Source: a bacterium | GTDB taxonomy: Bacteria > Bacillota > Clostridia > Christensenellales > DTU072 | Direction of reading: 5' to 3' | Assembly (NCBI GenBank): GCA_963644945.1 | Contig: CAVIQK010000008.1 | Coordinates: forward strand, 879 to 64,878 | DNA: 64,000 nucleotides | In this document: positions 40,826 through 50,098 of the stretch, in pieces | Position numbering within the stretch: the first letter of the stretch is position 1 | Layout: each line of letters begins with the position of its first letter | The notes under the pieces: model-generated | What the model was told of the DNA's origin: nothing | The model's input: only the letters and a program-made list of their open reading frames with translations | Database searches by the model: none | Translations under genes and position numbers: made by a program

Positions 40826-41833
40826 TTACTTCGCCCCCATTCTTATTCTCGGATCGATGAATCCGTAACTTATATCGACAACGATTCCTGCAAGTAAGCC
40901 TACAAGGGTATAGAAACCCGATAGAAGCATAAAGAAATCGTAGTCTTGGAAATTGATAGAGTTTAGGTAAAGTCTGCCGACACCGGGGATAGAGAACATT
41001 TGCTCAATGATAAGAGAGCCGGAAAGGACTGAGATAAACTCCGACAAAATCATCGGGAATATAGGCACCATTGCATTGCGGAGTGCGTGTCTAATTGTTG
41101 CTTGACCTCTGGTAAGTCCTTTGGTACGAGCAAGTAGCATAAAGTCAGACGTCAAAACTTCGGTGAGTTCTGCTCTAGTATAACGAGCATATCCCGCAAT
41201 CGAGCCTAGACACAACGAAAATACCGCAGGAAGCATGCTTCTAAACATGTCCCAAGAGAAATAATCGTAACCGGAATTCATGGTGATCGGGAACCATCTC
41301 AATTTGAAGCAAAACACGTACTGTATTATGAGTCCCATTACGATAGACGGGACGGAAATAAAGAGAATTACTCCAATATTGATAAGTTGGTCTTGCCATT
41401 TATTCTTTTTCAAAGCGGCAAGGATACCGAGTGCCAAACCAATTGGTACACCGATAATTGTCGAATAAATATTTATTAAAATCGTCGGAGGGAGTTTTTC
41501 AAGAAAAACATCCCAAACCGGCTGATTGATATATTCGCCGTAAGTGGTTGCTCTACCAAAGTCGCCTTCGGTAAAGATACGTTCGAGATAATAACCGAGT
41601 TGTTGAAAAACAGGTACGGTATCATAAGTATAAACACCGTTGGCACCTTTTTCGATGTTGGTTATCCAACCTCTTGCCTCGAACTTTTTATATGTAATCA
41701 TCGGATCCTCGTTGGGACCGACGGTGATAATAGGCGGTAGAAGTTTTATAAGGACAAAACACATTATCATAATTATGGCGAATGTGAATATTAAAAGTCC
41801 CAACCGCTTTAACACGTACTTTAACATATACAT
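40826..41833 (-). CDS. oppB: oligopeptide ABC transporter permease
   Basis: 335 aa. The N-terminus MLKYVLKRLGLLIFTF and the EAA-type loop LLARTKGLTRGQATIRHALRNAM are typical of OppB/DppB. Confidence 0.9.
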   Translation of the reverse strand: MYMLKYVLKRLGLLIFTFAIIMIMCFVLIKLLPPIITVGPNEDPMITYKKFEARGWITNIEKGANGVYTYDTVPVFQQLGYYLERIFTEGDFGRATTYGEYINQPVWDVFLEKLPPTILINIYSTIIGVPIGLALGILAALKKNKWQDQLINIGVILFISVPSIVMGLIIQYVFCFKLRWFPITMNSGYDYFSWDMFRSMLPAVFSLCLGSIAGYARYTRAELTEVLTSDFMLLARTKGLTRGQATIRHALRNAMVPIFPMILSEFISVLSGSLIIEQMFSIPGVGRLYLNSINFQDYDFFMLLSGFYTLVGLLAGIVVDISYGFIDPRIRMGAK

Positions 41834-41956
41834 AATGAGATATACTCCTCTGTAACTAAAATCTTTAGTAGTGCCTAAATCGAATAACTAAATAAACCAA
41901 GTGACACTCAAATGTCATTGTTCGCAGTGGGGCGAACTCCCTTAAAAAAATGTGTC

Positions 41957-42040
41957 AAAATCGGCTTTATCGGTCCATAAGGCCATAAAGCCGATTTTGA
42001 TAGTCGTTTGTTTTGCTGTGGCGAGATTACCTCGCCACAG
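41957..42040 (-). promoter_or_regulatory. two strong stem-loops in the oppA-oppB intergenic region (partial terminator / mRNA stabiliser)
   Basis: Hairpin 1 at 42016-42040 is CTGTGGCGAG-ATTAC-CTCGCCACAG on the plus strand (10 bp, no U-run). Hairpin 2 at 41957-41998 is AAAATCGGCTTTAT...ATAAAGCCGATTTT (14 bp). Confidence 0.55.
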
Positions 42041-42063
42041 TTTGATTGTCGATACAATGTTGC

Positions 42064-44622
42064 TTATTCGGCTTTCTTGTATTCGGATGTGAGATCGTTT
42101 TGGTGTGCTGATACATATTGAGCCCACTCTGCATCGTCGTAGTTGACATTCATGTATCTGATTCCGCCAAATCCCATAAAGGTGTTGTATTCATCACTGA
42201 ATTGAGAGAACTTAGGACTTAAGAGCGATCCGTTGGATCCACCGATAAGCATTATGGAGTATGCTTTGGTGATGACTTGCTCTTCGAGAGCAGCAAGGAT
42301 CTCAAGTCTTACTTCTGCAGGTACTTTGCCTGCATCAAAGTTGTATTTATATTCAGCACCCTTAGATTCTGCTAAACCGTTGAGGCAGAAGTACCAGTTG
42401 TCAAGGCCCATTGTGATGGTCTGACCGGCGCCTTCATAATCTCCTGCGGGGAGTGTCAATGTCAATTTGACAGCAGAAGTATCCCAGTAGGTGTGATAGT
42501 TGAGGGAGTCACCGGGATCGACAAATCCTCCTACGATGCTGAACGGGTTGAAGGGGTTGCCGGAGAATCCGTAACCAAAACCTATTTGAGTTGCACCCGA
42601 TCTAAATGCTTCTGCCCATTGGCTACCTGCAGAGGCGTCAAAGACAAGTTCAATTTTGCCTTCGAGTCCGGTACCCTCACAAAGAGTATCAAGGACACCT
42701 TGCAAATATTCCACTCTGGCTCTTTGTCTTGCATTGTCCACCGAAGAACCATATACGATGGTGATTTTTTTGGTTGCATCATATCCGTATTTTTCTGCAT
42801 TGGTTGTCAATTCGGTATATGCTTGTTTGACAAGTTCTTTGGCTTTGGTGGGGTTGTATCCGGTCAATGCTTCATAAGCATCTTCGAGATCTGCTCCGTT
42901 GATTTCTGCACCGTTGGACCATGTTCCGTCGGCACTCTTTGTGAAACCGTAAGCACGAAGAAGTCCTTCTTTTGCTTGGGTGGTGTAACGATATATTCCA
43001 CCGTTTTCTACGTCATAGAAATATTGTGTATTCATCAGACCGTAGCAAGGAATTGCGGTACCCGGCCAAACCTTTTCAACGACATCTTGTCTGTTGAGTG
43101 AAAGCGAGAAGGCTTGTCTAAATTCGTCGATAGCAAGAATTCCGTTGTTGTTTTTGCTCTTCTTCAAAGTATTGAGGTCACCGAAGAGTTGCATTCCGTA
43201 AGTACCGGTATCAGGTGTATATGTGAGGTACTTGGAATATTTGTAATCATTGAAGTGATCGGTGTCAAGTGCGACGTCATCGGTTTCGCCTGCGAGGAAC
43301 TTGAGCCATTGTGTTGATGTTTCTGCCACACATTCGCATGAGATTGCGGTGACATTGTATTGGTTGGCGTACATATTGAGGCCATATCCGTACCAGTTTT
43401 CATTTTTGGTGAGTTTATAAGATTTACCGCTTTGGAAACTGGAAAGTTTGTAAGGTCCCCAACTTGCAGTGTTTTCTTGTAAAGTGTTGTATGTTGTGGT
43501 CCAGAGGGTAGATCCTGCGGAAGGAGCAACTTTACACGCTTCATATAGAGATTTCTTTACGAGCGGGAGACTTGACATATAGTATGCGGCAAGGTAAGAA
43601 AGGCTGCCGTCTTCTTTCAAGAATTCGAAAGATTTGTCCATACATACTACGATAGAGTAATCTCCGTCTTGATACATACCGACTTTGTCCCAAGTGGTAC
43701 CATACGCTTCGTTGGCAACCTTGATTCCGAGCCAACTTGCATAAGAGGCGCCGACTTCGACATAATCGGCATACCCACCTACACCGGGAGCGAAATAGTA
43801 ATCCCATAATTCTTTTCCGGAGAAAGAGTCTACTGCTGCACCTGCTGCCCAAGCATCTGCGGTATCATAGACGGTTTCGTCGTTTATCGATACCCATTGG
43901 CTTATTTCGTTGCCGTCTTTATCTACGTAACCGGAAGCATTATAGAATTCATAAGCATCAATGTAGATGTCAGCGCCGGCTTCTACGGCTGCGGCGTTGG
44001 ATTCATAACCATTGGCTTCAATCGTCGTATAGACACTTTCTGTCGTTGAATAGAAATAGTCATAAGAACCTTTGATCATCAAAGTGTCATAGAACGTATT
44101 GGCTCTGTAGTTGAGGAACAAAGGATTGAGTTGTTCTTGCATAGAGTAGACGAAATCTGCTGCTGTGATAGCGGTGCCGTCATCCCATTTGAGGTCTTTT
44201 CTCAAAGTGATCTTCCAAGCATAACCGCCTTCCTTTTTTTGCTCCTCTGTGTAGCCCCATTTAGCGTCAACTTTAGAAGTGACGTCTTCCAATTCGGTGG
44301 CTGCGGAATAGTTGGTGGTATAACTTCCTTCTACAATCGCTTCGGTGTTGATTGTACCGTCTTTATTGTATTTGCCACCTTTCTTCTCGTCAAACTCATA
44401 GTCATACTCAAAGAACGATGATGCCAAATAACTCATTATTTGTGTATCATTGTTGTCTTGATACGTGAGTTCGTTCCAGTTGCTAGGCATTACAGCGGTA
44501 GTTGTGTTGTAAGTACCTTTCTTCAATCCTGCGTCCGGAATCGAACTGTCGCAAGCGGCAGTGGCTATAGCAGTAAGAAGAAGCACAACTATTACGAATA
44601 ATGCAATTAGTTTCTTTTTCAT
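42064..44622 (-). CDS. oppA: oligopeptide-binding lipoprotein (SBP family 5), unusually large
   Basis: ATG 44622 with a GGAGGT SD gives MKKKLIALFVIVVLLLTAIATAAC (lipobox-like). 852 aa versus about 540 aa for typical OppA. First gene of the opp operon. Confidence 0.75.
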   Translation of the reverse strand: MKKKLIALFVIVVLLLTAIATAACDSSIPDAGLKKGTYNTTTAVMPSNWNELTYQDNNDTQIMSYLASSFFEYDYEFDEKKGGKYNKDGTINTEAIVEGSYTTNYSAATELEDVTSKVDAKWGYTEEQKKEGGYAWKITLRKDLKWDDGTAITAADFVYSMQEQLNPLFLNYRANTFYDTLMIKGSYDYFYSTTESVYTTIEANGYESNAAAVEAGADIYIDAYEFYNASGYVDKDGNEISQWVSINDETVYDTADAWAAGAAVDSFSGKELWDYYFAPGVGGYADYVEVGASYASWLGIKVANEAYGTTWDKVGMYQDGDYSIVVCMDKSFEFLKEDGSLSYLAAYYMSSLPLVKKSLYEACKVAPSAGSTLWTTTYNTLQENTASWGPYKLSSFQSGKSYKLTKNENWYGYGLNMYANQYNVTAISCECVAETSTQWLKFLAGETDDVALDTDHFNDYKYSKYLTYTPDTGTYGMQLFGDLNTLKKSKNNNGILAIDEFRQAFSLSLNRQDVVEKVWPGTAIPCYGLMNTQYFYDVENGGIYRYTTQAKEGLLRAYGFTKSADGTWSNGAEINGADLEDAYEALTGYNPTKAKELVKQAYTELTTNAEKYGYDATKKITIVYGSSVDNARQRARVEYLQGVLDTLCEGTGLEGKIELVFDASAGSQWAEAFRSGATQIGFGYGFSGNPFNPFSIVGGFVDPGDSLNYHTYWDTSAVKLTLTLPAGDYEGAGQTITMGLDNWYFCLNGLAESKGAEYKYNFDAGKVPAEVRLEILAALEEQVITKAYSIMLIGGSNGSLLSPKFSQFSDEYNTFMGFGGIRYMNVNYDDAEWAQYVSAHQNDLTSEYKKAE

Positions 44623-44834
44623 AAATCTTACCTCCAAGTAAATTTTTATAGGTTTTCTATAATTTGGTATATAATACAACTTTGTCAACTTTGATGTAAA
44701 GCGATTTTAAGTTAATTTTAATATTTTTTTTCATACCATGCTTTTTTTATCGTCAAAACAGTGATTATTGTGTTCAAAAAGGCGCTTTGTATTAAAAAAA
44801 GTAATATGAATAAATTTTGTATATGATATTTTTA

Positions 44835-44878
44835 TATAAAAATCCCCGACAGCATAGCGATGAGCATACGTGTCGGGG
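44835..44878 (-). terminator. rho-independent terminator after the 1698-aa gene
   Basis: CCCCGACA (44844-44851) pairs with TGTCGGGG (44871-44878) around a 19-nt loop, followed on the minus strand by ATTTTTATAT. Confidence 0.6.
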
Positions 44879-44912
44879 AATAAAATCTATTATTTAACTA
44901 CGATTTTTGTTT

Positions 44913-47900
44913 TTACTTTCTGGATGCGTTGTTTTCGAGTTGGCGTTTTTCGGCTTTGACATCCTCTTTTTCCTTTTTCTTCGCCTCGGTTTTCTTGTGG
45001 TCGGCTTCGGGGACGGAGATTCTTTCCATCGAATCGTCAAGGTCACTGGACATCGATCTGTCTAGGTCGCTTGATAATGACGATGATCTGCTAAGGTCGG
45101 TTTCGGTATCTTTCTTGACGGTAAAGATCTTGTCGATGCCGTCTTTTAGAGGTTGGAAATCGGGGTTATCTCTTCTTCCTGCCATTTCGTTGAACTGACG
45201 CTCATTGAGACCGGTCTTTTCTTTGGCGACTGCTTTGAATCTTGCGATAGCATTCTTTTCGGTCCTATATTTGCCGAGATAGTTGAAGAATTTTGACCAA
45301 TTGCTTCTCTTTTGGTTGTACATGTGCATTGCACGATATGTTTGTGCGATTCTCATTTGCGCTTCTTCGGTCGTAGCATCACCCGAATTGAGTTGGGCGG
45401 TGGCGTTTTCTATCATTGAACGGAAGTCGTTGTAACCGAGTCCCGATTTCCATTGATCCGATGTGAAGTCAAAGGACGGGGAATTGGCTTGCATTTGGCG
45501 AAGTGCCTTTTCTTCTTCGGTCTTGGGAACATGTTTTTCGACAAAGGAGTTTCTCATGGCTTTCAACTCCGCTTGCGACATGCAACCGTGGAAGGGGCTT
45601 GAGGGATAACCGACAACACGCAAAGCATTTCTCATGATGGTGTCGAGGGTTTCTTCGGAGCCGACCATTTGTTCTACGGTGATCGTGGTGCCGTTCTTTG
45701 CGCACTCTTTATTGATTGAATGTAATATATCCGTATATAGATCAATAAATAGCATTCTGTATTGTTTTTCGAACACTAATTTGTTGACACGTTCGCCGGT
45801 TTTGTCGGTGTTGTCGAACATGAAATCACGTACAACGTCGTCAAGTTCTTTTCTGTCGATCTTTACGCCATACTTATATGCAAGTCTTTCGTTGGGGCTC
45901 ATTTCGTCGTCTTCGTATTCGTAAGGCTCGCTTTCAAAATATTTCTCGACATATTCGGTTTCGCCACTTTCTACACTCATTCCGCCAAAATAAACTTGGA
46001 GAGTGTCGAGTTCGCCTCTGGTTGCCAAAGAGTAGGATGAACCGGGGTTGCGAGAAGGCATAGAATATTTGCCGTTCTTGTATGTCCTGAAATCAATGGC
46101 TTTGGCATTGTCGAGGGCTATTTCGAATTCCTTGCGGTCAACATCTTCCATAGCATCTCCGTCAAATACGAAGTCATTATATACAGGGTGTCCGTCTTCG
46201 GATGCATCTAGGCTGTGTTCGGGCTCGATAAAATCTTCCTTTTCTGACATGCCCATAGGCTTGACGTCGGTATTTATGATTTCTTCGACTTTCTTTACTT
46301 GTTGTTTTTTGACTTGCGGATCTCTTTCCTTTTCGAGTCCTTTTTCGATTTCAAAGACGTTGTTCATTTGGTTGACGAACGCTTCGATATCTTCGTCGAT
46401 AGGTGTGGCGATACCTGATTTCTTGTCGATTTCTTCTTCGGATACCGCACCGATTTCGATTGCCGCTTGTTTTAGGTCTTTTGCGAACTTATACATTTCT
46501 TCTCTAAGTTCTTCGACATCTATTCTAAATAGAGGATTTTCTATCAAGTTTCTAGCCAAAACATTGACACGATCGTAGAACTCTATAAGGGATGCGGTCG
46601 CAACGAGTTTGCCTTCTTCGGTAAGATTGCCGAATTCGTCCTTGTATTTTTCTGCGCCTCTTACGCATTCGAGGTTTTTGTATTGTTCCATCGGGACGTT
46701 CTTCCAACGGGAGAATGTGAATTCTATGTTGCCGATGGTTGTGCCGATTTGGTTTTCGGTCATCTTGGCAAAGAAGCCGTCATAGTGACGAGTTTCCCAA
46801 GTGGGAACACCGATTTTAATCGTGTTGACCATTTGCTCGGTGCTCATTGCTCCGTAATTGTCGACTTCCTTTTCTTCATGGCCGTAGAGTTTTAGTGCGC
46901 CTTTCATGCATCTTTCTACCATGCCGGTTGCATAAGCGAAAGGAACTTTATCTTTATAATGGTTGGTTGCGGCGGTGCCTTTCAAACCGTCCATTGCGGT
47001 GGCAAAGATCTCTTTCCAAAGAGCATTGTAGGCTTTTTTGTCAATTCTCTTTTGTGAGAATACCGCTTCAAACTTGTCAAATAGTTCGTTGGCGCTAATA
47101 TCGCATTTTGTGAAGGATACGATTTCGCCGAGTTGTTGACGGATGACGTTGGCTCTATTCAACTTGAATAGTTTTGTTTGTTCGGCTTTGTCTCTTTCGG
47201 CTCTTGCATTGTCGTCAAGGTCAAATACTTCGGTGTCGAAAACATCGCCTAGACCGAAGAAGTCTTGTTCTTCTGTCGCCGATTCTTGATAATATTTGTC
47301 GGTTTCTGCCTTTCTTTCCTTGGCTGCCGCTGCTGCAAGGTCTGCTTGATATTGACGGACACTTTCGTCACAAGCCGCTTGAATATTTGTTCTTACTGCA
47401 TCTAGACGTGCAACGGGGTTGTCGTAGTATGCGGAGAGTTTTCTTATATATTCGGGATCGTCGGTTGCGTTGCCTTGTGAGACGTCTATTGTGTCGAGGG
47501 CTACACTAAGTTGTCCGTTGTCGCCTTTTGTTATGTGAGCGAATTGGACTACACCAGTTTGGTTGATAAGAGCATGCAAGAGTTCTTTTGCCGCAGTATA
47601 TTGGCTATATTTTTTGCCGTTGGCGGTGATTTTGTCGTATATGGATACTCCGTCCACGAACACAAGGCGCATGGTGTCTTCGAAACTTGAATTTTCAAAG
47701 TGATAACTTCTCAAAATGTAAGAATCTTGGTAATCGGGAGAATATATCGTATTGATGAGTCCGAGAGTTAGATAATCGGATTCGTCGGTAAATTTGGGAT
47801 CGTTCATCGCAACGCCTTTTAGTGCCAAAGCGCTTGCAGGAAGGTCTACTTTTAATGTAGAAACACTGTCGATCTCTTGTTGGGTTTTGGATTTTTCTCT

Positions 47901-50009
47901 CTTGAAGTTGACATATTTTTGAGCAATATCTCTATAACTCTTTTTGCCTACTTCGCCCTTGTACTCTTCGAGGTCGTCGAGAAGTTCGTCTTCACCTTTT
48001 TCTTTATCGTTTCTTGTTCTGCTTATTGCGAGTTTGTCGGCATAATATCCGCTACCCATTGTTATGCCCATCATGTCTTCGAGAGCGCCCATGAATTCTG
48101 TCGAAGTGACGAAATAGTGTGCTTCGAAGGTCGAGAATTTTAGTCTATCGGCAGGGGTGGGGTAACGTTGTTCGAAATACCATTTGTTTTCGTTGAGTTT
48201 GACGGTCATTGTTTGTTGGAATCTCGAATAAGCCAACGCTCTGACAAGGTCTTCGACCGTTTCTAATTTTTGCGGAGGGGTGTAGGACTCCAAGAAATCA
48301 TAGATTTTGTCAAGATAAATCTTTATTGCATCGTGATCGTCCTCGGAAAAAGCCTTGATCATCTTCTCGTTTTCTTGTGTGAATTCTTTTTCGTCCAAAT
48401 TCTTGTCGCCCATTTTGAGAGTGCCGGCAAGTTTTAGGAGTACCGCCATATCCATAAGATCTCTTGCGTCAAAGGTAGTGTTTTTGACATTTAGGGTACC
48501 GGAATTTACAACTCTTGTTTTGGTATTTTCATAACTTTTTCTGGCTTGGTCAATGGTGAAGAATGCCATGTTTAGATTTTTCTTTTCAAATGTAAATGCA
48601 AACTTCGGCAAAGTTCTTCTTCTGATCTCTTTGGGATCGCCTTCTACGGGAAGTCCCATCTCCAAACGTTTTTCGTTAAGTTTTTTGTTTTGTTCGTCAA
48701 GTGCTTCGGTCTTGTAGCGCTCAATGAGAGATTCTTGTGTCCTTCTCTTGGCTGCTTCAAGCATTTCGGTCAAATATTTTTGTTGGGTTGCAAACAACAC
48801 TCTTCTTGCATCTTGATCGTTTTCGAGATTGGAGATTTTCTCGACATATTCGGCTTTGTCGTTGCCGTTTCTTACATCGACAACGTCCATTTTATATTCA
48901 AATCTGCCGTCTATTTCGGCTACTTGAACAAAGGATACGACACCTGTTTGGTTGGCAAGGGCATCCAAAATAATGGCGGGACCTTCTACAGGGCTGTTTT
49001 TGTCTTTCATCAAATCATAGACGCTTACTCCGTCAATGAATACAAGACGATAAGTGTTGCCCTTTTCGCCTGCCATATATTTAGAAAGTAATCCGCCACC
49101 GGTTTGGGTTGCGCCTTGTATAAGTTGGATACCGCATTCGGCTTCGGAGAGCATACTGCCTGCTTTGCGAGATACATCTCCCGACAAAGTCTTGTTGACG
49201 ATGCCGTCCAAAATTTGTTTGGGATCGAGGTCTGTTCCTTTCAAATTGTTTATCCATTCGGGGACAACCATTTTCTTGACGGATGCTTCGCCTTTTTCGG
49301 AAATGGCTTCTAGATCGATAGCATCGAGCAATGCTCCGGCAAGGGCTAGTTGCATGCCGACGCCTTCTCTGGTCGCTTCGATGCCCTCGGCACCCTTTTC
49401 TCTAACAAATTTGTCCATTTCGGTACCGTTGTCCAAAACATCGACAGAATTGGTATCCATAGTCAAGAGATAATCGTTGAGCGGATATGTGTCGGACATG
49501 GAGTGCAACATGACTTTGATTTCCATCGATTGGAGTTTCATGAGTCCGTCGAGTCCTTGATAACGGCTTCTGACATATTCCGGATATTCTCTGAGTTTTG
49601 TGACTGCCAAAGATTGTTGCGCACGATGAACTAGTCTTGTTCTGATAGATTCGTCAACGGTGTTGACATTTTCTACCGGTTGGTAATTTTCGGCAAATCT
49701 TGTCCAACGATCGAGATAATCGAAGATCTTTTCTCTGTCGTCTTCGGCAAATGCTTTGTATACTTCTCCTACAGTCCTTGCGAATTCTTCATCGGATAGT
49801 TCTCCGCCGCCGGTTCCGTCGAATTTATGTTCGTATCTCAAAAATAATGTAAGGTCAGCCAAATCTCTTATGTCGAGATGTCTGTCTTTTATTATTTGCT
49901 CTTCGGCTTTGTATTGTTGTTTTACTTCGTTAAAAAGAGCCGATGTCGCGCTGATTTTTCTTGCGGCATCCATGACCGCTTCTTTTTCCATAGTTACAAC
50001 GAATTTCAT
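44913..50009 (-). CDS. 1698-aa orphan protein, highly charged, no signal peptide/TM, internal tandem duplication
   Basis: Uninterrupted ORF with an AAGGAG SD. No P-loop, HExxH or DEAD-type motif seen by eye. Modules at aa 45-410 and 513-875 are paralogous. Ser/Asp-rich then Lys/Glu-rich C-terminus. Confidence 0.8.
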   Translation of the reverse strand: MKFVVTMEKEAVMDAARKISATSALFNEVKQQYKAEEQIIKDRHLDIRDLADLTLFLRYEHKFDGTGGGELSDEEFARTVGEVYKAFAEDDREKIFDYLDRWTRFAENYQPVENVNTVDESIRTRLVHRAQQSLAVTKLREYPEYVRSRYQGLDGLMKLQSMEIKVMLHSMSDTYPLNDYLLTMDTNSVDVLDNGTEMDKFVREKGAEGIEATREGVGMQLALAGALLDAIDLEAISEKGEASVKKMVVPEWINNLKGTDLDPKQILDGIVNKTLSGDVSRKAGSMLSEAECGIQLIQGATQTGGGLLSKYMAGEKGNTYRLVFIDGVSVYDLMKDKNSPVEGPAIILDALANQTGVVSFVQVAEIDGRFEYKMDVVDVRNGNDKAEYVEKISNLENDQDARRVLFATQQKYLTEMLEAAKRRTQESLIERYKTEALDEQNKKLNEKRLEMGLPVEGDPKEIRRRTLPKFAFTFEKKNLNMAFFTIDQARKSYENTKTRVVNSGTLNVKNTTFDARDLMDMAVLLKLAGTLKMGDKNLDEKEFTQENEKMIKAFSEDDHDAIKIYLDKIYDFLESYTPPQKLETVEDLVRALAYSRFQQTMTVKLNENKWYFEQRYPTPADRLKFSTFEAHYFVTSTEFMGALEDMMGITMGSGYYADKLAISRTRNDKEKGEDELLDDLEEYKGEVGKKSYRDIAQKYVNFKREKSKTQQEIDSVSTLKVDLPASALALKGVAMNDPKFTDESDYLTLGLINTIYSPDYQDSYILRSYHFENSSFEDTMRLVFVDGVSIYDKITANGKKYSQYTAAKELLHALINQTGVVQFAHITKGDNGQLSVALDTIDVSQGNATDDPEYIRKLSAYYDNPVARLDAVRTNIQAACDESVRQYQADLAAAAAKERKAETDKYYQESATEEQDFFGLGDVFDTEVFDLDDNARAERDKAEQTKLFKLNRANVIRQQLGEIVSFTKCDISANELFDKFEAVFSQKRIDKKAYNALWKEIFATAMDGLKGTAATNHYKDKVPFAYATGMVERCMKGALKLYGHEEKEVDNYGAMSTEQMVNTIKIGVPTWETRHYDGFFAKMTENQIGTTIGNIEFTFSRWKNVPMEQYKNLECVRGAEKYKDEFGNLTEEGKLVATASLIEFYDRVNVLARNLIENPLFRIDVEELREEMYKFAKDLKQAAIEIGAVSEEEIDKKSGIATPIDEDIEAFVNQMNNVFEIEKGLEKERDPQVKKQQVKKVEEIINTDVKPMGMSEKEDFIEPEHSLDASEDGHPVYNDFVFDGDAMEDVDRKEFEIALDNAKAIDFRTYKNGKYSMPSRNPGSSYSLATRGELDTLQVYFGGMSVESGETEYVEKYFESEPYEYEDDEMSPNERLAYKYGVKIDRKELDDVVRDFMFDNTDKTGERVNKLVFEKQYRMLFIDLYTDILHSINKECAKNGTTITVEQMVGSEETLDTIMRNALRVVGYPSSPFHGCMSQAELKAMRNSFVEKHVPKTEEEKALRQMQANSPSFDFTSDQWKSGLGYNDFRSMIENATAQLNSGDATTEEAQMRIAQTYRAMHMYNQKRSNWSKFFNYLGKYRTEKNAIARFKAVAKEKTGLNERQFNEMAGRRDNPDFQPLKDGIDKIFTVKKDTETDLSRSSSLSSDLDRSMSSDLDDSMERISVPEADHKKTEAKKKEKEDVKAEKRQLENNASRK
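47385..49877 (-). repeat. protein-level tandem duplication (two ~365-aa modules) inside the 1698-aa ORF
   Basis: Matching pairs: DIRDLADL/DARDLMDM, AFAEDDREKIFDYLD/AFSEDDHDAIKIYLD, YRLVFIDGVSVYD/MRLVFVDGVSIYD, ALANQTGVVSF/ALINQTGVVQF. All sit at a constant offset of about 460-468 aa. Confidence 0.8.
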
Positions 50010-50098
50010 GATTTTTTCTCCTTGTTTATTGATTTTGGGTGTTGTAAGTTTTTTCTATTTATTAAGACACGTTTCTTTTTCAAAAAGGTGCCAAAATT

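Noticed and set aside
42493-43101. 202-aa plus-strand ORF
   Set aside because: Antisense within oppA. Cys/Phe-rich shadow ORF.
46048-46578. 176-aa Ser-rich plus-strand ORF inside the 1698-aa gene
   Set aside because: It is the antisense of a Glu/Asp/Lys-rich coding region, which yields Ser/Phe/Leu-rich shadow frames. The 5.1-kb minus-strand frame is far longer than expected by chance.
47940-47965. Possible P-loop (GEVGKKS) in the 1698-aa protein
   Set aside because: It does not fit GxxxxGK[ST], and no Walker B or other NTPase context follows.
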